Below are positions 18,098 to 26,544 of a DNA stretch of 64,000 nt, in pieces. The stretch's first letter is position 1; each line of letters starts with the position of its first letter. This DNA comes from an uncultured Kofleriaceae bacterium (GTDB taxonomy: Bacteria > Myxococcota_A > Polyangia > GCA-2747355 > CAZCFB01). The position numbers and the translations under genes were made by a program. Location: contig CAZCFB010000006.1 in assembly GCA_964497805.1 (NCBI GenBank), forward strand, positions 1,251 through 65,250, read 5' to 3'. The notes beneath the pieces are model-generated. The model did no database searches. It was given only the letters and a program-made list of their open reading frames with translations, and was not told the origin of the DNA.

Positions 18098-20194
18098 TCA
18101 CCCCCTGTCAGGGCAAGGGATCCAGAGTGGGTGCCCCTTGTGACCGGCCAGGGCCGGCTTGTCGCGTAGGCAAATGAGGCAGCCTGTCAGGTCCGTGCCC
18201 TCCACGTCCACCTGCTCCAACACTGTTCCCGCCAGGTTCGCCCCGGCCAGGCGCGCCCTGCCCAGGCGCAGGTGCTTCAGCGTCGCCCCGCCCAGGTCCG
18301 CCCCGCGAAGGTCCACCTCCCTGATGATCGGCCTGGAGAGCAGCGCATCCCGGAGGTCGGCTCCGCGAAGATCCACCTTTTCCATGTGAATGCCCGTGAG
18401 CTGGATCCCGCGCAGGTTCGCGCCGCGCAGATCGCTGCTCAGCAGCCGGCCATTCCTCACCATGGCCCCGGCGAGAGAGATCCCCTTGGCATGGCAGTCC
18501 AGAAGCTCCACCTCGTCCAGGTTGGCGCCTTTCATGTCCACCCTTGAGAGGTCCGAGTCGCGGATCATGCTCACGGAGAGTTCGGCCCCGCGCATGTCAG
18601 CCCCGCGGAGCACCACCTGCGTCAGCAGGGCTCCTTGCAGGCGGGCTCCTTGCAGGCTGGCCCGGGTCAGATCGAGCGCCCTCAGTTGGGCCAGGCCCAG
18701 GCGGATCTTTTCCATCCTGGCGCCCGAGAGGTCGCTGTGCTCGATGTGGCTCAACCCCGCGCACACCCCATCCATCCGGGCCCCGGGCATGGAGAGCCCA
18801 TCCAGCCGGGCCCGCACCAGGCGGCTGCCCGTCAGGTCCAGGCCGGGGAGCTGGGAGTTGTGGAGCTTCATGTCTGCCAGGTTTTTGCAGCGTCCATCCT
18901 GGAGCAGCCCCCCTGAATTGATGTCGCCCCCGGAGCCCAGTGATTCGCACCTGGTGAGGCGGCAGGAGTCCAGCGCATGCACTTCGCCACGCAGGAGCCG
19001 GCCGATCCCTCTTTGCCACAGGTCCTCGTTCTGGTGCATGAGCAGGATGGGCGCCAGCCAGAGCAGCGGGGCCAAATAGGGGAGGAATCGCCGCACAACC
19101 TTGAGGCGCCCGGCGATCACCATCACCGTCGCGGCCAGGACCCCGGCCAGAATATAGAACCCCGCCATGCCATAGAAGGAGCGCATGACCCGATCGAAAC
19201 CGGCGCCAGCCAGGAGAGGGAAAAAGCTGCTCAGGTGCCAGGCCAGGCCAAAGAGGAACACCGCTGCCAGCACGCCTGCCCGCTTCGCCGCGGACAGGAC
19301 CAGGCCCGCCGCCCCCAGGGAGAAGAGGATCCAAAGCGGCCACTCCATGCCAAGAAACAGCATGCGCTGCTCCAGGCGATTGTTTCCCATGGGGAGCTGA
19401 GCCAGGTGGAGATTCAGGTGGGTGGCGAAGCCCTGGAACCACTCCGATGGGGGCGGCATGGGCAAGCCGTGCTCTCCCAGTTGCCCTGCCGCTTCTTTCA
19501 ATACTGGCACCGCCAGCGACAGGAGCAGCGCGTAGCGCAACACCATGCCCCAGCTCAGCATCCGCCTGCCTGTTTGCCGCCGCCAGATCAACTCCATGGC
19601 CAGCAGCACACCGGGGAAGAGGAGGGCGAAGGAGTGAGTGAAGACCCCGGCCAGGTGGAATGCCATGGCCAGCAGCCAGAAGTACCAGCCCCCGCGCAGG
19701 AGGTAGAGCAGGCCGGCGCACAGGGTGGCCAGGGCCGCGCAGGTCTGGAGGGGATATGAGGAGAGGGCCAGATCATAGTTGAAGCTGTTGTCGAAGGCGC
19801 TCATGAGCAGGGCGGCCACGCCGGCGCCAGCCAGAGCGGCGCCCCGGGTTGCAGGGCCGGCGGGCCGAAAGAGCAGCACCAGCAGCGCGCAGGCCAGACC
19901 AGTGAGGCAGGCGTTGACCAGGTGAAGCGCCCAGTGGAGCAGGAAGTAGAGGTTCCAGGCATCGCCGAACAGCTTCGCCCCCACGCGGTAGAGGTACAGA
20001 TGCTGACCCAGGCGGGTCTTGTAGTGGATGCCCCCCTGGAGCCAGACCGAGGTGTCGGCGGTGTGGGAGAAGATCGGGTTCACCTCGCCGCCGTCGGTGG
20101 TCTCCGTCAGCACGCCGCCCTGGACCACACCGCAGGCCGCCACCAGCAAGAGCGCCAGGGCAAGGATCCAGAGCTTCTCCCGGCGGCTGATCAC
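18098..20194 (-). CDS. Polytopic membrane protein fused to a C-terminal pentapeptide-repeat domain
   Basis: About 400 aa of hydrophobic helices are followed by about 230 aa of A(D/N)LxX-type repeats (LSGARMEKIRLGLAQLRALDLTRASLQGARLQGALL...GADLRGADLGGATL...). Confidence 0.7.
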   Translation of the reverse strand: MISRREKLWILALALLLVAACGVVQGGVLTETTDGGEVNPIFSHTADTSVWLQGGIHYKTRLGQHLYLYRVGAKLFGDAWNLYFLLHWALHLVNACLTGLACALLVLLFRPAGPATRGAALAGAGVAALLMSAFDNSFNYDLALSSYPLQTCAALATLCAGLLYLLRGGWYFWLLAMAFHLAGVFTHSFALLFPGVLLAMELIWRRQTGRRMLSWGMVLRYALLLSLAVPVLKEAAGQLGEHGLPMPPPSEWFQGFATHLNLHLAQLPMGNNRLEQRMLFLGMEWPLWILFSLGAAGLVLSAAKRAGVLAAVFLFGLAWHLSSFFPLLAGAGFDRVMRSFYGMAGFYILAGVLAATVMVIAGRLKVVRRFLPYLAPLLWLAPILLMHQNEDLWQRGIGRLLRGEVHALDSCRLTRCESLGSGGDINSGGLLQDGRCKNLADMKLHNSQLPGLDLTGSRLVRARLDGLSMPGARMDGVCAGLSHIEHSDLSGARMEKIRLGLAQLRALDLTRASLQGARLQGALLTQVVLRGADMRGAELSVSMIRDSDLSRVDMKGANLDEVELLDCHAKGISLAGAMVRNGRLLSSDLRGANLRGIQLTGIHMEKVDLRGADLRDALLSRPIIREVDLRGADLGGATLKHLRLGRARLAGANLAGTVLEQVDVEGTDLTGCLICLRDKPALAGHKGHPLWIPCPDRG

Positions 20195-21102
20195 CTGGCT
20201 TGCCCTCTCACCGCCCCGTGAAGGTACCCCAACTCCTCCATGAGCTCGCCGGCCACGGCCAGGAAGGCATCACGGTCGCCAGGGGAGAGCTGGGCCGCCT
20301 GCAGCCTGTCCACATCGGGCTGCAAGAAGCGGGGCAGGGCGCTGAGGCTCATCCACTCCTTCTCACCCTCGGTCCCGGAGCTGCCGCGCACTCCCGGGGC
20401 GGTGTAGTGGGTGCGCGCCTTGAGCCGCACGGGCTGGTCCGGCGAGAGGTCCAGCCCCGCCGCCCTGTACACCCGCGCCGCGAAGCGCCGGGGTTGGGCC
20501 AGCAGCTCCTCGAAGCGCACCAGGGTATGGCGGGGCAGGTCGCGGCTGCTCTGCTGCATGCGGCGGGTGAGGGTGACGTACCGCCGGGCGAAGGCATGGG
20601 CTGAGGTCGCGGTGCCCCGGCGCAGGGCGCTCTCACACAGGGCCAGGCCGTTGCGCAGGATCCCGACGAAGCAGGCGTCGGGAAACACCCGGGCCAGGGC
20701 GGGGGCCGCCTGCACCAGGCCGTCCAGGTTCTTGGCCGCCAGCCGGGCCGCCCGCACCTGGCCCGGGGAGTAGCGCTGGCCCGGCGCCCGGTACACGTTG
20801 TCCTCCTGGCACAGCGTGCGCAGCTTGCCCCGGAAGAGGCACAGATCCAGGTGCGCCGCGGCTGCCCGGGGCAAGGGGGCGCGTCCGGCAGGATCAGGCC
20901 GGGCCATGTAACCGGGCCGCGCCCCGAACAGGGTGAAGAGCGCGCCGTCGAGCTTGCCCGCCAGGCCCCGCTGGAACAGCTCGTGGGTCTCCCACACGGG
21001 TGAGCAGACGCCGGGGTGGCTCTGCAAGATGTTCCAGAGCAGGTTGCTGCCCGAGCCGGCCAGGGCTTCGATGAAGATGGGCTGCCGGTTGAGCCGGTTC
21101 AC
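20191..21102 (-). CDS. Sulfotransferase-family protein
   Basis: The N-terminal PAPS-binding-loop-like motif is IFIEALAGSGSNLLWNILQSHP, and RFEELL...GL lies in the C-terminal half. It has 4-nt overlaps with both neighbours. Confidence 0.6.
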   Translation of the reverse strand: MNRLNRQPIFIEALAGSGSNLLWNILQSHPGVCSPVWETHELFQRGLAGKLDGALFTLFGARPGYMARPDPAGRAPLPRAAAAHLDLCLFRGKLRTLCQEDNVYRAPGQRYSPGQVRAARLAAKNLDGLVQAAPALARVFPDACFVGILRNGLALCESALRRGTATSAHAFARRYVTLTRRMQQSSRDLPRHTLVRFEELLAQPRRFAARVYRAAGLDLSPDQPVRLKARTHYTAPGVRGSSGTEGEKEWMSLSALPRFLQPDVDRLQAAQLSPGDRDAFLAVAGELMEELGYLHGAVRGQAR

Positions 21103-22301
21103 GCCGGCTCCCCGAGGATGAGCCTGGCGGCCAGGGCGGCGCCGTCCACCATCACCCTGGGCCGCCGGCGCCGGCGGGCATTCTCCAACCGCGAGCGCAT
21201 GGCCGCGGCCAGGGCGGCGGGGGTGAGTTGGTTCGGCTCCAGCACGGAGAGGCTCCGCACCCGCGCCGCCAGGGCGGTGGCCCGCATGAGCTGCTCCTGC
21301 TCCCAGCTCGTGCGCGGCACGATGACGCCGGGCGTGCCCGTGAGCAACAGCTCGGCGCAGGTGTTGTACCCGCCCATGCTCACCGAGAGGTCAGCGGCGT
21401 TGAGCAGCTGGGCCAGGTCAGGCGTGTGGCGCTCCACCTGCAGCCATGATCCTGCCGCGGCCCTGGCTGCCAGCCACGCGTGATCCGCCTCCGGCAGGAA
21501 CGGCCCGCCGCGCATCAGGATCCGGCAGGGCAGCCCCTCTTTCCGGAGCAGGGCCCCGGCCCGCGCCGCCACCCGCAGCAGGGGCGCCCCGTCCGCGCCG
21601 CCCCCCGCGCTCACAATGATGAGCGGCTCCTTCCCAAGGTCCAGAGAAGCCCGCACCCGGTCCCGCCGGCGCAGGCCGTCGCGGCCCACGCCCGTGACAT
21701 AGCCGGTGTAAGCCAGGCGCTCCCGGGCCCCGGGGGAGAGGCCCAGCTCCTCATCCACTGTGAGCAGCTCCGGATCGCCGTGCACCAGCACAGTATCCAC
21801 CAGGTTCATCAGGTCTCGACCGGCCTGCCGGGCAGTGGCCGCGTCATACACCGCGGGCCCCTGACCCAGCAGGTCGCGCATGGAGCAGAAGACCCGGGCC
21901 CCGGGGCGCTGCCGCCGCACCAGCCGGCACAGGGGCCGCAGCTCCCCGGCCAGGAAGCGCCGGCCGAAGGGGAACAGGTCCATCACCAGGGCGTGGGGGC
22001 GCAGGCGCCGGCCCAGGGCCATGAGCAGCTCCCGGCGCAGGCGGAGCACCTCGTCCAGGGGCAGGGAGAGGTTGGCCGGGCGCAGGGTGAAGGTGGGCTC
22101 GGCCGAGGAGGTGAGCGCTGGGAGCTGGAGCCACTCCACGCCATCCGGCGGCTCCACGCCCCGGGTGGGCGCGCCCCCCGCGGCCACCACCACATCGCTC
22201 CGAGGGGCCCTGGCCTTGACCGCCGCCGCCAGGGCCATGATCCGGTGGCCGTGGCCCAGGCTGCCCGCGTGGTAGTAGTGGAACAGGACCCGCTTGCTCA
22301 T
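21099..22301 (-). CDS. GT-B glycosyltransferase (GT28/GT1, MurG-like C-terminal domain)
   Basis: MSKRVLFHYYHAGSLGHGHR, then IIVSAGGGADG, then SMGGYNTCAELLLTGTPGVIVP. I place the start at ATG 22301, which overlaps the upstream stop. The ORF-track extension is Gly/Arg-rich. Confidence 0.7.
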   Translation of the reverse strand: MSKRVLFHYYHAGSLGHGHRIMALAAAVKARAPRSDVVVAAGGAPTRGVEPPDGVEWLQLPALTSSAEPTFTLRPANLSLPLDEVLRLRRELLMALGRRLRPHALVMDLFPFGRRFLAGELRPLCRLVRRQRPGARVFCSMRDLLGQGPAVYDAATARQAGRDLMNLVDTVLVHGDPELLTVDEELGLSPGARERLAYTGYVTGVGRDGLRRRDRVRASLDLGKEPLIIVSAGGGADGAPLLRVAARAGALLRKEGLPCRILMRGGPFLPEADHAWLAARAAAGSWLQVERHTPDLAQLLNAADLSVSMGGYNTCAELLLTGTPGVIVPRTSWEQEQLMRATALAARVRSLSVLEPNQLTPAALAAAMRSRLENARRRRRPRVMVDGAALAARLILGEPA

Positions 22302-22837
22302 GATCGCCCCCCGAGGAGATCCAGAATCCCGTCCACCTCTTCGATGATCTCCTGCTCCGGGTGAGCGCCGATGTATTCCGCCTCGTAGGCCGAGCGCAGC
22401 AGCAGCGCCCTGACCCCCACGGCCCGGGCTGGCTCGGTGTCCCACATGTGACGGTCCCCCACCATGATCGCCTCCCTCGGGGAGAGGCGCCGGCGGTCCA
22501 GGATCGTAGTGATCAGCTCGCCCTTGGCCGCGTGGCGCTCGGCCGTTGCGTGGAGCTCTCCCAGCAACCCGCCCAGGCCCAGGCGGGACACGCGCCGGCG
22601 GAGCACCTGGTCCGCGTGCCGGCGGGGGTGAGGGCTGGTGGAGAGCAGCGCGGTGACGATCCCGCGCCCGCGCAGCGTCTGGAGGGTGGCCCTGGCCGAG
22701 GGGGTCAGCGCCAGCCTCGCGTCAGGGTCCCTGGCCGCCTCCGGGTTCCTGTAAATCCAGACCGGGTTCTCGTCCCGGCCGGTCTGTCGCGGGTACCAGA
22801 GGGTGCCGCACCCGTCGAAGAAGACGATCTTGATCAC
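22298..22837 (-). CDS. HAD-superfamily hydrolase (phosphatase-like) with atypical motif I
   Basis: Motif I is IVFFDGCGTL, which reads DxCxT instead of DxDxT. Motif II is LLSTS. Motif IV is MVGDRHMWD. Confidence 0.65.
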   Translation of the reverse strand: MIKIVFFDGCGTLWYPRQTGRDENPVWIYRNPEAARDPDARLALTPSARATLQTLRGRGIVTALLSTSPHPRRHADQVLRRRVSRLGLGGLLGELHATAERHAAKGELITTILDRRRLSPREAIMVGDRHMWDTEPARAVGVRALLLRSAYEAEYIGAHPEQEIIEEVDGILDLLGGRS

Positions 22838-23925
22838 CGGCCCAGGCTCCCCTCGATGGCCCCGCCCAGGGCGTCCACCAGGCCCTGTACCGTACGCTCC
22901 AGGGTGCGCTCCCGGGCCATGAAGTCCGGGCCGAGCGTGGCCATGCGCGCCATGTCTTCACCCCGCGCGTCGGCGCCATGCAGCGCCCGGGCGAGGCTGG
23001 CAGCGTCCCCGGGCGTGAACAGATCGCCCGCCCCGGAGGCGCGAATGTCCCCGGCCAGGCCCGGGATGTCCGCGGCCAGCACCGGGATCCCGGCGGCCAT
23101 GGCCTCCAGCATGGTGTTGCAGTGCCCCTCGGCTCGGGAGGGGCGCACCAGGGCGAAGGCCCGCGTCACCGACGACCAGGGGGCGGGCCCGCCGGCCGAG
23201 ATCACCACCTGGTGCTCGTCCAGCCAGCCTGGATCCTCAAGGCGGCGGAACGGGCGCCCCGGCTTCTCCGGGCCGATGATCCGCAGGCCCCGCGCGCCCC
23301 CCGACGCCCGGTAAGCGCCCCACGCATCCAGGAGCAGGTCAATGCCCTTGCTGGGGCTGCGCCGCCCGAGGAAGAGGAAGGGGCCGTCCGGAGCGAAGCG
23401 CCCCGGCTTTAGCTCCCCCGGGGCGAGGCCGTTGCGCTGGCGGACCACGGCCGCCCCGGGCACATGGCGCCGCACCTCATGCACCTGTTCCTCGTTGAGC
23501 ACCACGAACCCGGCCACGCTCTCCAGGTGGCGCCCGGGCTCCAGGTGCTCCACCTGGTCCAGGTCCCCCACCGTGGTGACCCTGATGAGGGTGGGCACCG
23601 ACGGCGCCAGCCGGGCCAGGGCCCTGAGCTGGGCCTCCGGATCCCCCTCGAAGAGGCGCTGCACGTACATGGCGTCGTAGGGCGGTCCCAGGGGCGCGCT
23701 CATCACCGGGTAGATGTCGCCCACGCGCTCCAGGTGCAGGTGCTCGAAGCCGTGCTCCGGTCCGCGGTCAAAGGAGAGGGCGCCGCTGCTGTCCATTGAG
23801 CCCACCGTCACCTGGTGCCCCCGCCGGAGCAGCTCCCGGATCTGTCGCTGCAGAGCCACCTGGGCCCCGCCCACGGCGAAGAAGGCCTCGCACCAGAAGA
23901 AGAGGCGCAACGGTATCTCCGTCAT
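22834..23925 (-). CDS. Glycosyltransferase family 4 (GT-B)
   Basis: RAEGHCNTMLEAMAAGIPVLAADIPGLAGDI is the E-x7-E region. I place the start at ATG 23925, which overlaps the upstream stop. Confidence 0.8.
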   Translation of the reverse strand: MTEIPLRLFFWCEAFFAVGGAQVALQRQIRELLRRGHQVTVGSMDSSGALSFDRGPEHGFEHLHLERVGDIYPVMSAPLGPPYDAMYVQRLFEGDPEAQLRALARLAPSVPTLIRVTTVGDLDQVEHLEPGRHLESVAGFVVLNEEQVHEVRRHVPGAAVVRQRNGLAPGELKPGRFAPDGPFLFLGRRSPSKGIDLLLDAWGAYRASGGARGLRIIGPEKPGRPFRRLEDPGWLDEHQVVISAGGPAPWSSVTRAFALVRPSRAEGHCNTMLEAMAAGIPVLAADIPGLAGDIRASGAGDLFTPGDAASLARALHGADARGEDMARMATLGPDFMARERTLERTVQGLVDALGGAIEGSLGR

Positions 23926-24881
23926 GGGCGCGCGAACCTCCGGGACACGGCCGCGCCGATCATGCTCTTCCAGGCCAGCACTGGCCGGCGCGAGTGGAGC
24001 CGCCACCGCTCCCGGCGGGTCCGGATCCGGTGGGCCAGGGTGCGCGGGATCATCAGGTCATGGCCGAAGCAGGGGCAGCTGGCCACGCTGCACGGGGCGG
24101 GTCCGTCCAGCAGGGAGAAGCCGTCCCGCGCGTTCCCCAGCCCTGCGTGATCACCCACACACCGCCGCGCCTCCCCGTCCTCCTCAATTCGCACAAACGC
24201 GTGCCCCGCGGCGCAGGGCAAGGCCCGCGAGGCGAAGGGGTAGAAGCGCAGGAAGGGCCGGCGGCGCAGCAGGGTGGCCAGGTCCGAGTGGCTGTACGAG
24301 CGTGGGTATTCCCGGCCCTCGTGCGCCCCTTTGAACGGCTTGGGTAAAAGATCCACGCCCATGGGAAGCAGGAGGCGCCGCGCCTGCCGGTACCGCTCCG
24401 GGTGGGCCGGGTGGAGCACCGCCACGGCCATCACCTCCACGCCCCGCCCGCGCAGGAGCGCGACGTTACGCCCGAACCGCTCCGCGCCCTCGGGCCAGGG
24501 CAGGGAGCCGGGGTGCAGGGTGGCGTGCACCTCAGCCCCGTGCTCGGCGTATTCCAGGGCGCCGGCCAGGGCCTCCACCCGCGCGCTGTCGTTGAGGTTG
24601 CTGTCCAGGATCAGGGGGAAGGACCGGCCCAGCTCCGCGCAGATCTCCTCCAGCCCGGGGTGCATCAGGGGTTCGCCGCCGGTGAGCCCCACCACCCACC
24701 TCCGCCCGTGGCTGAGCAGGGCCGCGGCCACCTGCGCCGCCGAGGGAGGAGCCGCCGGGCTCTCGGCGGCCTCGACCCGGCAGTAAGAGCACGCCAGATC
24801 ACAGCGAGAGGTGACGCTCCAGCTGGCCTGCCGCCACCCCCGGCGGAGCCGCTCGACGCGTGAAGGGAGGGGAGCATTCAT
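23922..24881 (-). CDS. Radical SAM protein with a C-terminal Cys-rich region
   Basis: SVTSRCDLACSYC is the CX3CX2C motif, followed by GLTGGEPLMHP. The C-terminus is CAAGHAFVRIEEDGEARRC...CSVASCPC. Confidence 0.8.
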   Translation of the reverse strand: MNAPLPSRVERLRRGWRQASWSVTSRCDLACSYCRVEAAESPAAPPSAAQVAAALLSHGRRWVVGLTGGEPLMHPGLEEICAELGRSFPLILDSNLNDSARVEALAGALEYAEHGAEVHATLHPGSLPWPEGAERFGRNVALLRGRGVEVMAVAVLHPAHPERYRQARRLLLPMGVDLLPKPFKGAHEGREYPRSYSHSDLATLLRRRPFLRFYPFASRALPCAAGHAFVRIEEDGEARRCVGDHAGLGNARDGFSLLDGPAPCSVASCPCFGHDLMIPRTLAHRIRTRRERWRLHSRRPVLAWKSMIGAAVSRRFARP

Positions 24882-24898
24882 GGGCCGGAGAGCTTACC

Positions 24899-26395
24899 TC
24901 AGTGGATGCGCTTGTAAGGGGAGTAACCGCCCGCGTCCCGGCGGATGCGGGGCCGGAACACCCGGGCCGTGCGGGGGGGGACCTTCAGGTGCAGGGTGCC
25001 TGCGCGCACCCGGGTCCGGGATCGGCTCAGGGCGTCGTGCAGCACCTCGTCGTTCATCAGCCGCGCCTCGGGCATGGGGATGACCTCGCTCACCGTTGAG
25101 GCGCCTGCGTTGACAACCACCAGCACCAGCTCATCCAGGCGGTCCGTGGCGCGGATGAAGCAGAGCAGCTCCCCGGCGGGCACTACACGCAGCTCACCCA
25201 CGCGCAAGGCGCGGGCGTCGGCGCGCAGCCGCAGCAGCCGCCGGGTCCAGGCCAGCTCCTCGTTCTCCCTGTTGACCAGGTCCCACCGCATGGGCGCGCG
25301 CATCTCCGGGTCGTCCCCCCCCTCCATGCCCAGCTCGCTGCCGTAGTAGATGCACGGCGATCCGGGCAGGGTGAGCTGCAGCAGCCGCGCCATCCGACGC
25401 TGCCAGGGCCGGCGCAGCACGGTGTTGATCCGCGGGGTGTCGTGGTTGTCCAGCACGATCCAGCTGCGCAGCAGCGGTGCGAGGCCCGCGTCCGCCCGCG
25501 CCGAGGCCAGCATTCGCCCGGCCTGATCACCGCCCATATCCCGCCGCAGCAGGTGCAGGATGATCTGGCGAAAGTGGAAGTTGAGCAGGCCGTCCAGGGG
25601 CGCGCTCCGCTCCCCCTCCCTCTGGCACCAGGCGTCCGGGTAGCTCCAGATCTCACCCAGCACCAGGCTGCTCGGCTTCTCCTCGTGGGCCGCCTCGGTG
25701 ATGCGGCGCAGGTTGCTCGCGCCCAGCTCATAGGCCACGTCCAGGCGCCAGCCGTCCACGCCATCCTCCCGCAGGTAGCGGCGCACCACCGAGCCGGGGC
25801 CGCCGCAGATATTGGCCCGCACCGCGGGATCTTCCCACTTGAGCTCGGGCAGGTTGGCCACGTCGGCCCAGCAAAGCACCCCGCCGGGAGATTCCGGTTC
25901 CGGGGTGAACATGGACGGCGCCTCCTGGACCCAGGGGTGGCGGCGGCTCACATGGTTGAACACGCCGTCCAGCACCAGGCGCAGGCCCGCCTCGTGGCAC
26001 CGCCCGGCCAGGTCCCCCAGGTCCTCCCGCCCGCCAAACTCCGGGGCCACGTTCAGGTAGTCGGTGGTGTCGTACTTGTGGTTGGTCAGCGCGTCAAAGA
26101 TCGGGTTCAGGTAGAGCACCGTGGCGCCCAGGTCGCGCAGATGACCCAGCCGCCCGGCCAGGCTGGCCAGGTCTCCGCCCCAGAACTCCAGCTCGTGGCT
26201 CCAGACCCCCTCCGCCTCCAGGTAGCGGCCGCGCCGGGGCTGCTCCTCCCACCTGCGCAGCCGCCTGGGCGGAGCGTACAGGTGCCGCTTGATCTCCAGG
26301 TCCGCCGCGGGGGCGAAACGATCCACCATCACCTGGTAGACGACCGCGCCGGCCCGCCAGTCAGCTTCAAGTTCGTCGAAGGTGTTGGTTCCCAT
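24899..26395 (-). CDS. GH13 alpha-amylase-family glycoside hydrolase
   Basis: DGVFNHV, the nucleophile region DGWRLDVAYE, the acid/base region VLGEIWS, and VLDNHDTPR. I chose the start at ATG 26395 (MGTNTF...). The longer ORF-track form would overlap the upstream kinase gene. Confidence 0.85.
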   Translation of the reverse strand: MGTNTFDELEADWRAGAVVYQVMVDRFAPAADLEIKRHLYAPPRRLRRWEEQPRRGRYLEAEGVWSHELEFWGGDLASLAGRLGHLRDLGATVLYLNPIFDALTNHKYDTTDYLNVAPEFGGREDLGDLAGRCHEAGLRLVLDGVFNHVSRRHPWVQEAPSMFTPEPESPGGVLCWADVANLPELKWEDPAVRANICGGPGSVVRRYLREDGVDGWRLDVAYELGASNLRRITEAAHEEKPSSLVLGEIWSYPDAWCQREGERSAPLDGLLNFHFRQIILHLLRRDMGGDQAGRMLASARADAGLAPLLRSWIVLDNHDTPRINTVLRRPWQRRMARLLQLTLPGSPCIYYGSELGMEGGDDPEMRAPMRWDLVNRENEELAWTRRLLRLRADARALRVGELRVVPAGELLCFIRATDRLDELVLVVVNAGASTVSEVIPMPEARLMNDEVLHDALSRSRTRVRAGTLHLKVPPRTARVFRPRIRRDAGGYSPYKRIH

Positions 26396-26437
26396 GCCGG
26401 CTATTGTATCAGCCGTGAGATCGGGGCGAATGGAACA

Positions 26438-26544
26438 GCCGGGCATTCGGTGCCCGGCCACAGCCTGGCGAAGCCAGGCGAAAGGACAAGGAGCCGAAGG
26501 CTCAGAGCTGAGGCGGCAGGGCGAAGGCCCTGGCGTCTCAGCTC
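26438..26544 (-). repeat. Structured four-hairpin intergenic repeat module, copy A (compact, 107 nt)
   Basis: Read on the minus strand. H1 is gagctgag-acgc-cagggc-cttc-gccctg-ccgc-ctcagctc. H2 is gagcc-ttcg-gctc followed by ttgtccttt. H3 is gcctggc-ttc-gccaggc, then the spacer tgt. H4 is gccgggca-ccgaa-tgcccggc. H1 overlaps the stop codon of the upstream kinase gene. Confidence 0.85.
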
